Shown here piece by piece: positions 40,406 to 49,688 of a DNA stretch of 64,000 nucleotides (within the stretch, counting starts at the first letter, position 1; each line of letters starts with the position of its first letter). Source of the stretch: Candidatus Omnitrophota bacterium. GTDB lineage: Bacteria; Omnitrophota; Gorgyraeia; Gygaellales; Profunditerraquicolaceae. A model generated the notes under the pieces. The model searched no databases. It was not told where the DNA came from and saw only the letters and a program-made list of their open reading frames with translations. The position numbers were made by a program, and so were the translations under genes. Location of the stretch: contig JBAZKC010000002.1 of assembly GCA_041651035.1 (NCBI GenBank), positions 201,046-265,045 on the forward strand, in the 5' to 3' direction.

Positions 40406-43150
40406 ATGGCAACAAAAAAATATGTTTACAGTTTCGGCGGAGGCAAGGCAGACGGCAACGAAAGTATGAAAAATCTCCTGGGAGGCAAGGGTGCTAACCT
40501 GGCTGAAATGGCCGGTTCCAAAGATCTAAAGCTTCCCGTTCCTCCGGGTTTTACCATTACCACGGAAGTTTGTACTCATTATTACAAAAATAAAAAGACT
40601 TACCCCAAAGGGCTTAGGGAAGAGGTCATTAAGGCCTTAGAGAAAATAGAAAAGCTGATGGAGAGAAAGTTCGGAGATGCCCAGAACCCCCTGCTTGTTT
40701 CCGTGCGCTCGGGCGCCAGAAAATCAATGCCCGGAATGATGGAGACGGTTTTAAACGTAGGGCTCACTGAAAAAACCATTCCCGGTTTGATCAAACAGAG
40801 CGGAGGTGACAGCCGTTTTGTTTACGATGCCTATCGCCGTTTGATCATGATGTATTCAGACGTAGTCATGGAAAAGGCCGCCGGCATTGAGCCAAAAAAT
40901 GAAGAATCCGGTATCCGTAAACAATTAGAAAAGATCATGGCGGCAATGAAAAAGGAAAAAGGTTACAGCACAGATACAGACTTAACCGCCGAGGATCTAA
41001 AGCAATTATGCGCCTCATTTAAAGCCAAGATAAAAGAAGCCTTAAATAAGGACTTCCCTGATGAGCCTATGGAACAGATGTGGGGAGGCATAGGCGCGGT
41101 ATTTTCTTCATGGAACGGAAAACGCGCGATAAGTTACCGCCGCATAGAAAATATTCCTGATGAATGGGGCACAGCAGTCACCGTCCAGACCATGGTTTTC
41201 GGGAACATGGGGACAGACTCCGCTACCGGTGTTGCCTTTACCCGCAACCCCGGCAACGGCGATAATAAGTTCTACGGCGAATACCTGATAAACGCGCAGG
41301 GCGAAGACGTAGTTGCCGGTATCCGCACACCCGCTCCGATAAACGAAACCTCTAAATCAGAGCATAATAAAGAGCTGCTTAGCCTGGAAAAGACAATGCC
41401 TAAGATCTACAAGGAGCTTTTTGAGATCCAAAAGAACCTTGAGAAACATTACCGCGATATGCAGGATATCGAATTTACCATTGAAAAAGGCAGATTATTC
41501 ATGCTGCAGTGCCGCATAGGAAAACGTAACGGCCCGGCGGCAGTAAGGATCGCCATGGATATGTTAAAAGAAAAATTCATTAAAAAAGATGAGGCGGTTA
41601 TGCGCGTAACTCCCGCGCAATTAGATGAATTACTGCATCCTATAATCGACCCTAAAGTTGAATTGGCGAATAAACCGTTGGCAAAAGGCCTGCCCGCGGG
41701 CCCGGGTGGGGCTTGCGGCCAGATCGTTTTCTCCGCGCAAGAGGCGGTAGCATGGAAAAACCAGGGAAAGCGCGTGATCCTTGTGCGCGAGGAGACAAAT
41801 CCTGAAGATGTGGAAGGTATGCGCGCGGCCGAGGCAATTTTGACTGCCAGGGGCGGCATGACATCACACGCCGCGCTTGTTGCCCGCGGTTGGGGAAAAT
41901 GCTGCGTTGTCGGATGCAGCGCCATCCATGTTGATTATTTCAAAAAAGAAATGGTCATTAATGGCAGGTCATTTAAAGAGGGAGAGTGGGTCACCCTTAA
42001 CGGAACCAAAGGCAATATTTACGCGGGAAAACTGGCAATGATGGATGCTACCGCGGAAAACAAACTCTTAAGCGATTTCCTGGATATTTGCGGTTCGGTC
42101 AAAAAATTAGGTATCCGCACTAATGCCGAAACGCCTGCTGACGCCCAGAAGGCGCGCCAGTTCGGCGCGGAAGGGATCGGGTTGTTCAGGACCGAGCATA
42201 TGTTCTATGGCAAAGGCGCTGATGAGCCGCTTTTTATTCTACGCAAGATGATTGTCTCTAAGACCGAAATAGAAAGAAAAAAAGCAGTTGAAGAATTGTT
42301 CCCTTACGTTAAGAAAGATATTAAAGGAACTCTTGAGGCAATGGACGGGTATCCTGTGGTAATCCGCCTGCTGGATCCTCCGTTACATGAGTTTGTCCCC
42401 CGCGAGGAAGCAAAATTACAACAGCTAGCCCAGGAACTAAACATATCCATGGAAGAACTCGCTAAGAGAGCCGAAGGCCTGCATGAATCAAACCCCATGA
42501 TGGGCCATCGCGGAGTGCGTTTAGGCGTGACTTATCCTGAAGTAAGCGCGATGCAGATACGGGCTGTATTTGAAGCCTCAGCTGAGCTTATCAAAGAAGG
42601 CAAAGAGCCTTATCCTGAAATAATGATACCCGTTGTCTGCGATGTAAAAGAACTCCAGGACCAGTTGGTTATCGCCAAGCAGGTATACGCTGAAACACTC
42701 TTAAAATACGGAATTAAAAAGATAAAACATTTATTTGGCACAATGATCGAAATTCCCCGCGCGGCACTCATGGCAGGAGAATTAGCAACAGTAGCTTCAT
42801 TCTTCTCCTTCGGAACCAATGACCTTACCCAGATGGGTTTTGGTTTTTCGCGCGACGATATCGGCGGATTCCTTCCTGAATATATCAAGAAGGGGATATT
42901 GCCGGATGATCCGTTCCAGACTATTGACCAGAAAGGCATCGGCGAACTGATAACCATAGCAATTGAAAGAGGCCGCAAGGCCAATAAAGGGCTTGAGGTC
43001 GGCATATGCGGAGAGCACGGCGGAGATCCTAAGACGGTTGAGTTCTGCCACAAGGTAGGCATGGATTACGTAAGCTGCTCGCCTTTCAGGGTACCCATCG
43101 CTAAATTAGCCGCGGCACAGGCAGTGCTTAAGGAGAAAACTAAAAAATAA
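40406..43150 (+). CDS. ppdK: Pyruvate, phosphate dikinase
   Basis: 914 aa. PEP-utilisers phospho-His region GGMTSHAALVARGWG, ATP-grasp N-domain, and the C-terminal PEP/pyruvate-binding TIM barrel (CGEHGGDP). Confidence 0.95.
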   Translation: MATKKYVYSFGGGKADGNESMKNLLGGKGANLAEMAGSKDLKLPVPPGFTITTEVCTHYYKNKKTYPKGLREEVIKALEKIEKLMERKFGDAQNPLLVSVRSGARKSMPGMMETVLNVGLTEKTIPGLIKQSGGDSRFVYDAYRRLIMMYSDVVMEKAAGIEPKNEESGIRKQLEKIMAAMKKEKGYSTDTDLTAEDLKQLCASFKAKIKEALNKDFPDEPMEQMWGGIGAVFSSWNGKRAISYRRIENIPDEWGTAVTVQTMVFGNMGTDSATGVAFTRNPGNGDNKFYGEYLINAQGEDVVAGIRTPAPINETSKSEHNKELLSLEKTMPKIYKELFEIQKNLEKHYRDMQDIEFTIEKGRLFMLQCRIGKRNGPAAVRIAMDMLKEKFIKKDEAVMRVTPAQLDELLHPIIDPKVELANKPLAKGLPAGPGGACGQIVFSAQEAVAWKNQGKRVILVREETNPEDVEGMRAAEAILTARGGMTSHAALVARGWGKCCVVGCSAIHVDYFKKEMVINGRSFKEGEWVTLNGTKGNIYAGKLAMMDATAENKLLSDFLDICGSVKKLGIRTNAETPADAQKARQFGAEGIGLFRTEHMFYGKGADEPLFILRKMIVSKTEIERKKAVEELFPYVKKDIKGTLEAMDGYPVVIRLLDPPLHEFVPREEAKLQQLAQELNISMEELAKRAEGLHESNPMMGHRGVRLGVTYPEVSAMQIRAVFEASAELIKEGKEPYPEIMIPVVCDVKELQDQLVIAKQVYAETLLKYGIKKIKHLFGTMIEIPRAALMAGELATVASFFSFGTNDLTQMGFGFSRDDIGGFLPEYIKKGILPDDPFQTIDQKGIGELITIAIERGRKANKGLEVGICGEHGGDPKTVEFCHKVGMDYVSCSPFRVPIAKLAAAQAVLKEKTKK

Positions 43151-43986
43151 TGGAAGCCTTAAAGACTTACCTTAAGGAAATTAAAACCATACCCTTGCTG
43201 ACCCACGAGGAAGAGATATCGTTAAGCAAAAAGGCAAAGCGGGGTGACGAACAGGCGCGCAAACAAATGATCCGCGCCAACCTTCGCCTGGTGATCAACA
43301 TAGCCAAAAGATATATGTATCTGGGGATACCTTTTTTGGATCTGATCGAAGAGGGGAACCTGGGGTTAATGAAAGCGGTAGACAAGTTCAACCATAAAAA
43401 AGGATTCCGTTTTTCAACCTACGCCGCCTGGTGGATAAAACAGAGCATCACGCGCTCGATATCAGAACAAGGGAAAATGATCCGCGTTCCGGTATATATG
43501 AACGACCGTATCACCAAATGGAAAAAGCATAAAGAGCATTTAACGCAAAAATTAAAACGCGCGCCTACCGACGCGGAGATCGCCAAAAAACTAAAGATAC
43601 CAAAAGACAAAATAGAACAAATAAATTTCTGGATGTCCACCACGACTTCTTCTTTGGAAGCGCCGATCGGCGACGATAACGAGAAACAGGTATCCGAACT
43701 GGTAGAAGACCATACTACCCAGGCTCCGGACGCGGCGATCGAGCATGTTTTTGATAAAGAAAGGTTAAACAGCCTGCTGGATATAATGGCCGGCAGGGAA
43801 AGGCAGATCCTGGATCTGCGTTTCGGGCTGGCAGATACCAAACCGCATACCTTAGCGGAAGTCGCGAAAAAATTAGGCGTTTCGCGTGAAAGGATACGCC
43901 AGATAGAAGAAACGGCGTTAAAGAAATTAAGAAAATTTGTCGAACAGCAGGAAGGCGAGGTCTCCGGTGAAAGAATTCAACTTTAA
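43150..43986 (+). CDS. RNA polymerase sigma factor, sigma-70 family (compact RpoD/RpoS-like, regions 1.2-4)
   Basis: 278 aa. Region 2 DLIEEGNLGLMKAVDKFNHKKGFRFSTYAAWWIKQSI and region 4 HTH TLAEVAKKLGVSRERIRQIEETALKKLR. Confidence 0.85.
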   Translation: MEALKTYLKEIKTIPLLTHEEEISLSKKAKRGDEQARKQMIRANLRLVINIAKRYMYLGIPFLDLIEEGNLGLMKAVDKFNHKKGFRFSTYAAWWIKQSITRSISEQGKMIRVPVYMNDRITKWKKHKEHLTQKLKRAPTDAEIAKKLKIPKDKIEQINFWMSTTTSSLEAPIGDDNEKQVSELVEDHTTQAPDAAIEHVFDKERLNSLLDIMAGRERQILDLRFGLADTKPHTLAEVAKKLGVSRERIRQIEETALKKLRKFVEQQEGEVSGERIQL

Positions 43987-44488
43987 AGACTGTATCAGAG
44001 AAATACCCGATTTTCCTAAACCGGGTATTTTATTCTATGACGTTACCACATTATTCAAGAACAAAGAAGCGTTTAACCACGCGATTGATCTGCTGGCGGA
44101 GGAGTTCAAAAATAAAAAAATAGACATTGTAGTCGCGACTGAAGCCCGCGGATTCATCCTGGGAGGCGCCTTAGCGTATAAATTAGGGGCGGGATTTGTG
44201 CCGGCGCGCAAGAAAGGCAAGTTGCCGTGGAAGTTTAAATCGGTCAGTTACGGATTGGAATACGGCACAGATACTCTCCAGATGCATGAAGACGCCTTTG
44301 GGCCCGAAGATAATGTGCTTATCGTAGATGACTTATTAGCCACCGGAGGCACTGTTAAGGCGACGGTAGAGCTGGTTAAACACCTTAATGGGAAAATTAC
44401 CGGCATCGCTTTCTTGATCGAACTGGTTGATCTAAAAGGCAGGGATAAATTAAAAGATTACCCGGTTTTTTCGCTGATCAAATATTAA
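43937..44488 (+). CDS. apt: Adenine phosphoribosyltransferase
   Basis: PRTase motif VLIVDDLLATGGT and FPKPGILFYD. The real start is probably the GTG at 43967, which would reduce the overlap with the sigma gene. Confidence 0.85.
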   Translation: MSNSRKARSPVKEFNFKDCIREIPDFPKPGILFYDVTTLFKNKEAFNHAIDLLAEEFKNKKIDIVVATEARGFILGGALAYKLGAGFVPARKKGKLPWKFKSVSYGLEYGTDTLQMHEDAFGPEDNVLIVDDLLATGGTVKATVELVKHLNGKITGIAFLIELVDLKGRDKLKDYPVFSLIKY

Positions 44489-44490
44489 CT

Positions 44491-44564
44491 GCCCCTGTAG
44501 CTCATAAGGATAGAGCAACAGTTTCCTAAACTGTGTGTGGCAGGTTCGATTCCTGCCAGGGGCA
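44491..44564 (+). tRNA. tRNA-Arg (anticodon CCT)
   Basis: Cloverleaf folded by hand: acceptor GCCCCTG/CAGGGGC, D-arm GCTC-ATAAGGATA-GAGC, anticodon arm ACAGT-TTCCTAA-ACTGT (CCT at 44525-44527), variable loop GTGTG, T-arm GCAGG-TTCGATT-CCTGC, discriminator A. CCA is not encoded. Confidence 0.85.
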
Positions 44565-44576
44565 CGTAAAATTAAA

Positions 44577-45236
44577 ATGTATAATTATAATTTACACGCG
44601 CATAGCTTGCTAAGTGACGGGCAGCTGCTTCCTTCCGAGGTAGCTGTGCGTTATCTTAAAAAAGGCTATAAGGTAATCGCGATCACCGATCATGCCGATT
44701 ACAGCAATATAAAGCCTACTTGCCAGGCGGTCATAGAATTCTGCCGCAAATGGCCGAAAGATTCAAAGATCAAGATCCTCCCGGGAATAGAATTAACGCA
44801 TCTGCCTTTAGGGCAATTTAAGCCCCTGGCTGATTACGCCAGAAACCAAGGCATAAAGATAATTATCGGGCATGGCCAGACCACGGCTGAGCCGCTGATA
44901 GAAGGGACTAACATCGCGGCATTAGAAGCGGATATAGATATATTAGCCCATCCGGGTTTGATCACTGGCGCGGAAGTTAAATTAGCCAAGAAAAAAGGAA
45001 TATTTTTAGAGGTCACGTCCCGTAAAGGCCATCGCGACGCTAACTCTCATGTCGTCAGGCGCGCTTTAAAAGCAGGCGCTAAATTGATCTTAAATAATGA
45101 CAGCCACGCTCCCGAAGATATTATAACGCCTGAACAATTAATAAACATAGGGCGGAAAGCGGGATTAAGCGCGGAAGGAATAAACAGGATTTATAAAGAC
45201 GTGAATAATTTCTTACGCGAAAAGGAGGAAAGATGA
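44577..45236 (+). CDS. PHP-domain metal-dependent phosphoesterase
   Basis: NLHAHSLLSDG and ITDHADY motifs. The start is placed at the ATG at 44577; the upstream part of the ORF overlaps the tRNA. Confidence 0.7.
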   Translation: MYNYNLHAHSLLSDGQLLPSEVAVRYLKKGYKVIAITDHADYSNIKPTCQAVIEFCRKWPKDSKIKILPGIELTHLPLGQFKPLADYARNQGIKIIIGHGQTTAEPLIEGTNIAALEADIDILAHPGLITGAEVKLAKKKGIFLEVTSRKGHRDANSHVVRRALKAGAKLILNNDSHAPEDIITPEQLINIGRKAGLSAEGINRIYKDVNNFLREKEER

Positions 45237-45700
45237 AGGCAAAAGTATTGATTCTCGCGCTCTTGGGTTCCTGCGCTCTTGGGTTCTTAGGATGCGCCGA
45301 TCTATCTAACAAAAACGATAACCTGTCAAAAAACTCAAACCTATTAGAGCCATCCGCTGCGCTAAAGTTCAACGATGTGCCTGTTCCCATGGGATTTAAG
45401 TCGTTACCGCAAGGCTCCTATTCTTTTGAAACAAGCGGCGTGCGCGTAGGCGTATTAAAATACCAGGGCAAGGCAAACCCGGACCAGTTGATCAACTTCT
45501 ACAAAGAACAGATGCCTCTATATAACTGGAACCTGCTGAATATCGTAGAGTATGGCGACCGCCTGATGAATTTTGACCGCGAAAATGAAACCTGTATAAT
45601 AAGCTTATTGTCCAAAGGAAGCACCTCTATTATTACGGTCTCTTTAGGCCCAAAACCACAGCAAATTTCCCAGAAAAAGCCTAAACAACCCGTAAAGTAG
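45233..45700 (+). CDS. Hypothetical lipoprotein
   Basis: 155 aa with a signal peptide and Cys lipobox (FLGC); nothing else recognisable. Confidence 0.5.
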   Translation: MKAKVLILALLGSCALGFLGCADLSNKNDNLSKNSNLLEPSAALKFNDVPVPMGFKSLPQGSYSFETSGVRVGVLKYQGKANPDQLINFYKEQMPLYNWNLLNIVEYGDRLMNFDRENETCIISLLSKGSTSIITVSLGPKPQQISQKKPKQPVK

Positions 45701-45955
45701 ATACAGGGCTCCATAAGTTATCTGCTTATTAAAAAACACTTGACAAACAACGAGTTATATGTTAAAAATTAAACAAATTAGGTTATACCACTGGAGATGA
45801 CTTTAATCTCAGGCGAAAGGGAGGTGAAGACCAAAACAGGCCCAAAGTCAGCCAAAATCCAGTGATATACATATATAGAAAATACCTAGGAATAAAATAT
45901 TAAACCCTAGTTGATTATAGTTGTGTTATTGATTTTTTAAAGGAGGATAACCTAA

Positions 45956-47356
45956 ATGAAGAAACATCTAATATTACTCCTGGCTCTTGCGCTTGTGGCC
46001 GGTTCAGCTTTTGCCGCCTACGCGGAAGTCCAGAATGTAAAAGTAAGCGGAGACATCACTGCCTTAGCTTTAGGCCGTGCTTTATCCCTTACATCTCAAA
46101 AGGCTGAAACTACTATGGCCAGCATTATACGTTTAAGAGTTGACGCTGACTTAACCGATAATGTTACCGCCACAGTAAGATTGATCAATGAAAGATATTG
46201 GGGAGAAGATGTCACTAACCAGAATACTACCGGTTATGGCTCTTCAGCAACGTCAGATAATACCAATATCGATCTTGATTTAGCCTATGTAACCTTAAAA
46301 GAATTCCTGTATTCGCCTCTGACTTTAACAGTAGGCCGCCAGGAATTGCATTTCGGAAGTGACATGATTGTTGGCGATGCTTATACCAATAACCACGCTT
46401 CCAAGGCTAGCGTATTCAACACAACCATTGACAAAGATTTAAGCATGCGCAAGTCATTTGATTCTATCCGCGCAACCTTAAATTATGATCCGTTGGTGGT
46501 TGATGTCGTAGCAGCTCAGGTTAGAAAGAATTCACGTACTCTGACATATAATCTCAGCAGCGGCAGCAGCGCCTTAGATATTGATACCCAGGAGACTCTA
46601 ATAGGCGTTAATGCTAATTACGCTGTTAACAAAGATACGAATGTAGAAGGATACTTCTGGCAGAGAAGAATAGGCAAGAATGATAAAAGCGCCTCTGGTG
46701 TTCTGAAAACAGATACTACCAATGTTGTAGGCGCCCGTCTCGTTGCTAAGCCTATTGAAAATCTAACTTACGAGTTAGAGTCAGCGTTTCAGTTCGGCAA
46801 GTCAACCAGCTCATCAGCAAATCTTGAGCGCAAAGCCTGGGCATTAGAAACCATGGCTACCTACGATCTAAAGAATGTAAAAAATATGGCAAAATATGTG
46901 CCTACAGTAAGCGCGCTTTATGCTTATTTTAGCGGTGACAGGGGAAGCAAGAGCGGAACTGAAACCTACAAAGGTTGGGACCCGATGTATGAAAACCAGA
47001 CCTTTGGCAGTATCGCTAATGCTATCTTTAACCAGACCAATATGCATATCATAGGCGGCATCATCCAGGCAAAAGCAACTGATGATGTTACTTTAAAAGC
47101 TGAATATTACGCATACTGGTGGGATAAGAGACACAGCGATGGTGATACCGTTTCCAACGTGGCAACCGGACTACCAGCAACTATGACCGGGAAAAAGTTC
47201 TTAGGGCAGGAAATTGATCTTTCTGCTACCTATGACTACACCGAAGATGTGCAGTTCGGCATCCTCGCCGGTTGGTTAGCTCCTGGTAAATCTTTCGCGA
47301 AAGTAAATCGTAACACAGCCGCGGAAGTAATCGGTTCAATGAAGGTTACATTCTAA
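45956..47356 (+). CDS. Putative outer-membrane beta-barrel protein (porin-like)
   Basis: 466 aa. Signal peptide ...AFAAYA, alternating amphipathic beta-strand pattern, and a C-terminal KVTF (terminal aromatic residue). It is preceded by a promoter-like TTGACA..TAAAAAT at about 45738 and a leader of about 190 nt. Confidence 0.6.
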   Translation: MKKHLILLLALALVAGSAFAAYAEVQNVKVSGDITALALGRALSLTSQKAETTMASIIRLRVDADLTDNVTATVRLINERYWGEDVTNQNTTGYGSSATSDNTNIDLDLAYVTLKEFLYSPLTLTVGRQELHFGSDMIVGDAYTNNHASKASVFNTTIDKDLSMRKSFDSIRATLNYDPLVVDVVAAQVRKNSRTLTYNLSSGSSALDIDTQETLIGVNANYAVNKDTNVEGYFWQRRIGKNDKSASGVLKTDTTNVVGARLVAKPIENLTYELESAFQFGKSTSSSANLERKAWALETMATYDLKNVKNMAKYVPTVSALYAYFSGDRGSKSGTETYKGWDPMYENQTFGSIANAIFNQTNMHIIGGIIQAKATDDVTLKAEYYAYWWDKRHSDGDTVSNVATGLPATMTGKKFLGQEIDLSATYDYTEDVQFGILAGWLAPGKSFAKVNRNTAAEVIGSMKVTF

Positions 47357-47375
47357 AACTGTTTATGTAGAGTCA

Positions 47376-47411
47376 CAAACCCCCGGGGGAGTAATCCCCT
47401 GGGGGTTTTTT
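47376..47411 (+). terminator. Rho-independent terminator downstream of the outer-membrane protein gene
   Basis: AAACCCCCGGGGG agtaat CCCCTGGGGGTTTTTT. Confidence 0.8.
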
Positions 47412-47445
47412 AATACCGACATCACACCGGAGAACTTATTAAGAT

Positions 47446-49017
47446 ATGCTTTATCTGGCCTTCATCTTTCATATGCACCAGCCGTATTACAAGGACCTCT
47501 TAACCCAAGAGGCGGATCTACCCTGGGTACGCCTGCACGGGGCCAAGGATTACCTGGATATGGTCTTGATCCTGAAAAAATACCCCCTGATCCGCCAGAA
47601 CTTCAACCTCGTGCCGTCATTAATAGAACAGATAGAAGACTATAATAATCTGGCGGTAAAAGATAAATTCCTGACATTATCCCAGAAACCCGCCGAAGAT
47701 TTAACTTCTCAGGATAAAATATTCCTAACAGAGAATTTCTTTTCCATTAACACGGAAAAAGTAATTTCTATCCACCCGCGCTATTACGAATTATACCTTA
47801 AGAAACAGCGGAGGGCGGGCTTTACCGCGCAGGACTATTTAGACCTGCAAGTATGGTTTAATCTGGCCTGGATAGATCCCTGTTTCAGGCAGGATATACC
47901 TGAACTAAAGGACTTGATCGCCAAGGGAAGGTTCTTTAGCGAAGAAGATAAGCGGACCGTGCTAAACAAACACCTTAAGATCATAAAAGATATCATCCCT
48001 ACCTATAAGGAATTTTCAGACAGCCAACAAATAGAAGTCTCTATCACCCCTTACTATCATCCTATTTTACCTTTGCTCTACAACACTAATATTGCCAAAC
48101 AAGCCAACCCAAAGACTGTCCTGCCCCGGATAGGATTCGCTTATCCAGAAGACGCCCAAACCCAGATAGAAGAAGCCGTAAAATTCTATCAAGCCAGATT
48201 TAATAGCCCTCCTTCAGGCATGTGGCCGTCTGAAGAAGCGGTAAGCGAACATATCTTGCCGTTTATAATTCAGGCGGGATTAAATTGGATAGTTACTGAT
48301 GAGGCTATTCTCTTTAAATCCTTGAATAAGAAAAAAAGAGACGCGAGGCTTTTATACAGGCCGTATCTTCTAAAGAGAAAAAAGGGGGCATTAAATATAG
48401 TCTTTCGTGACAGGAATCTTTCGGATCTGATCGGGTTTACCTATCACTCCTGGAAGGCCAAAGACGCCGTAGATGATATGATGAAACACTTAGAGAATAT
48501 CGCGCAGGCATTCAAAGGACAGGATACCCTTGTTACCATTGCCATGGATGGCGAGAATGCCTGGGAATATTACCCTAATGACGGCCATGATTTTCTAGAA
48601 CTGTTTTACCAGAGGTTATCCGATTCCAAGATTATAACGACTACGACAATAAGAGATTACTTAAAGATGTTTTCTCCGAAGTTTGAAATCAAACGCCTTG
48701 CCGCCGGTTCCTGGATATACGGAGAATTCGGTAAGTGGATAGGCAATCCCTATAAGGTATACGCCTGGGAATGCCTGGCAGAAGCAAGAAAGAAGCTGGA
48801 AGAAGTAATCAAATCAGGAGGAGAGGGGATTAACTTAAGCCTGGCCTGGAAACAGATGTATATCGCAGAAGGCAGCGATTGGTTCTGGTGGTATGGAGAT
48901 GATCAACCTGATTTCGACAGGCTTTTCCGCATGCATTTATCTAACTTCTATACTATAATAGGTAAGGAGATACCCGGCTACCTGAAGAAACCCTTAGTTC
49001 CGCGCCTTATCCCATAG
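47446..49017 (+). CDS. Glycoside hydrolase family 57 protein (GH57 alpha-glucan branching / 4-alpha-glucanotransferase type)
   Basis: 523 aa. N-terminal IFHMHQPYY signature of GH57. Its size matches the roughly 520-aa GH57 branching enzymes. Confidence 0.85.
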   Translation: MLYLAFIFHMHQPYYKDLLTQEADLPWVRLHGAKDYLDMVLILKKYPLIRQNFNLVPSLIEQIEDYNNLAVKDKFLTLSQKPAEDLTSQDKIFLTENFFSINTEKVISIHPRYYELYLKKQRRAGFTAQDYLDLQVWFNLAWIDPCFRQDIPELKDLIAKGRFFSEEDKRTVLNKHLKIIKDIIPTYKEFSDSQQIEVSITPYYHPILPLLYNTNIAKQANPKTVLPRIGFAYPEDAQTQIEEAVKFYQARFNSPPSGMWPSEEAVSEHILPFIIQAGLNWIVTDEAILFKSLNKKKRDARLLYRPYLLKRKKGALNIVFRDRNLSDLIGFTYHSWKAKDAVDDMMKHLENIAQAFKGQDTLVTIAMDGENAWEYYPNDGHDFLELFYQRLSDSKIITTTTIRDYLKMFSPKFEIKRLAAGSWIYGEFGKWIGNPYKVYAWECLAEARKKLEEVIKSGGEGINLSLAWKQMYIAEGSDWFWWYGDDQPDFDRLFRMHLSNFYTIIGKEIPGYLKKPLVPRLIP

Positions 49018-49088
49018 CTCTTATCAGAACTAACAGACGAAAGGAAACATATTGACAGACAATGGGTTTTGTGTTATAAAAATTAAAA

Positions 49089-49649
49089 ATGGACAAGAAA
49101 GATATCTACGAACACCTGGCCAAGATCTATCTGGATGCTTCTTCCAAGAAGAAAAAAGCGCGCAATTACCCGAAGTTTTCTAAAAACCTTATTTTAGTAA
49201 GCGCTGTTTTCGTATTCGCGTCCAGCCTTATATTATTTAACAATTCCCAGCGGAAAAAAGCCTTAAATTCAGAGCTGGCACTTGTGCTTTTGCCTGAGGC
49301 GGCGAAACTTAACTTCCACTTTGACCCCGCCAGGAAAGAAACCTATTCCTTCAATTTAAACAAGTTAAGCTTAAGCCGGTTTAAGTCCTTGGCATTTTCC
49401 GTAAAAAAGACCGACCATAGGAATGCCGTTTCCTTAAGGGTTGAGTTTACCACTCCTTTTAAGGAAAGGTCTGAAGTCTATTTTAAAGATATACCGTATA
49501 AGTGGCATGATTTTAGAATAAACCTTTCTGAGTTTAAAGGCATAAGCGACTGGTCGGAAATATCCAGCCTTTCTTTTTCCGTTGAAGAATGGAACGCGCA
49601 GAGTAAAAAAGGCATAGTCTATATAGATAATGTAAGATTACTGAAATAG
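49089..49649 (+). CDS. Membrane-anchored protein with a putative carbohydrate-binding-module-like beta-sandwich domain
   Basis: 186 aa. Basic N-terminus, a single TM helix (LILVSAVFVFASSLILF), and a C-terminus GIVYIDNVRLLK that resembles the terminal strand of CBM4/9/11-type modules. Confidence 0.45.
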   Translation: MDKKDIYEHLAKIYLDASSKKKKARNYPKFSKNLILVSAVFVFASSLILFNNSQRKKALNSELALVLLPEAAKLNFHFDPARKETYSFNLNKLSLSRFKSLAFSVKKTDHRNAVSLRVEFTTPFKERSEVYFKDIPYKWHDFRINLSEFKGISDWSEISSLSFSVEEWNAQSKKGIVYIDNVRLLK

Positions 49650-49688
49650 AAGAAGGCATGGCTTGCATGCCCGAAAGGAGACAAGAAT

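Noticed and set aside
44535-44576. N-terminal extension of the PHP-protein ORF (MWQVRFLPGARKIK) overlapping the tRNA-Arg gene
   Set aside because: This extension overlaps the tRNA-Arg gene and needs a non-ATG start. The internal ATG at 44577 gives the conserved PHP N-terminus (NLHAHS), so the longer ORF is an artefact of stop-to-stop ORF calling.
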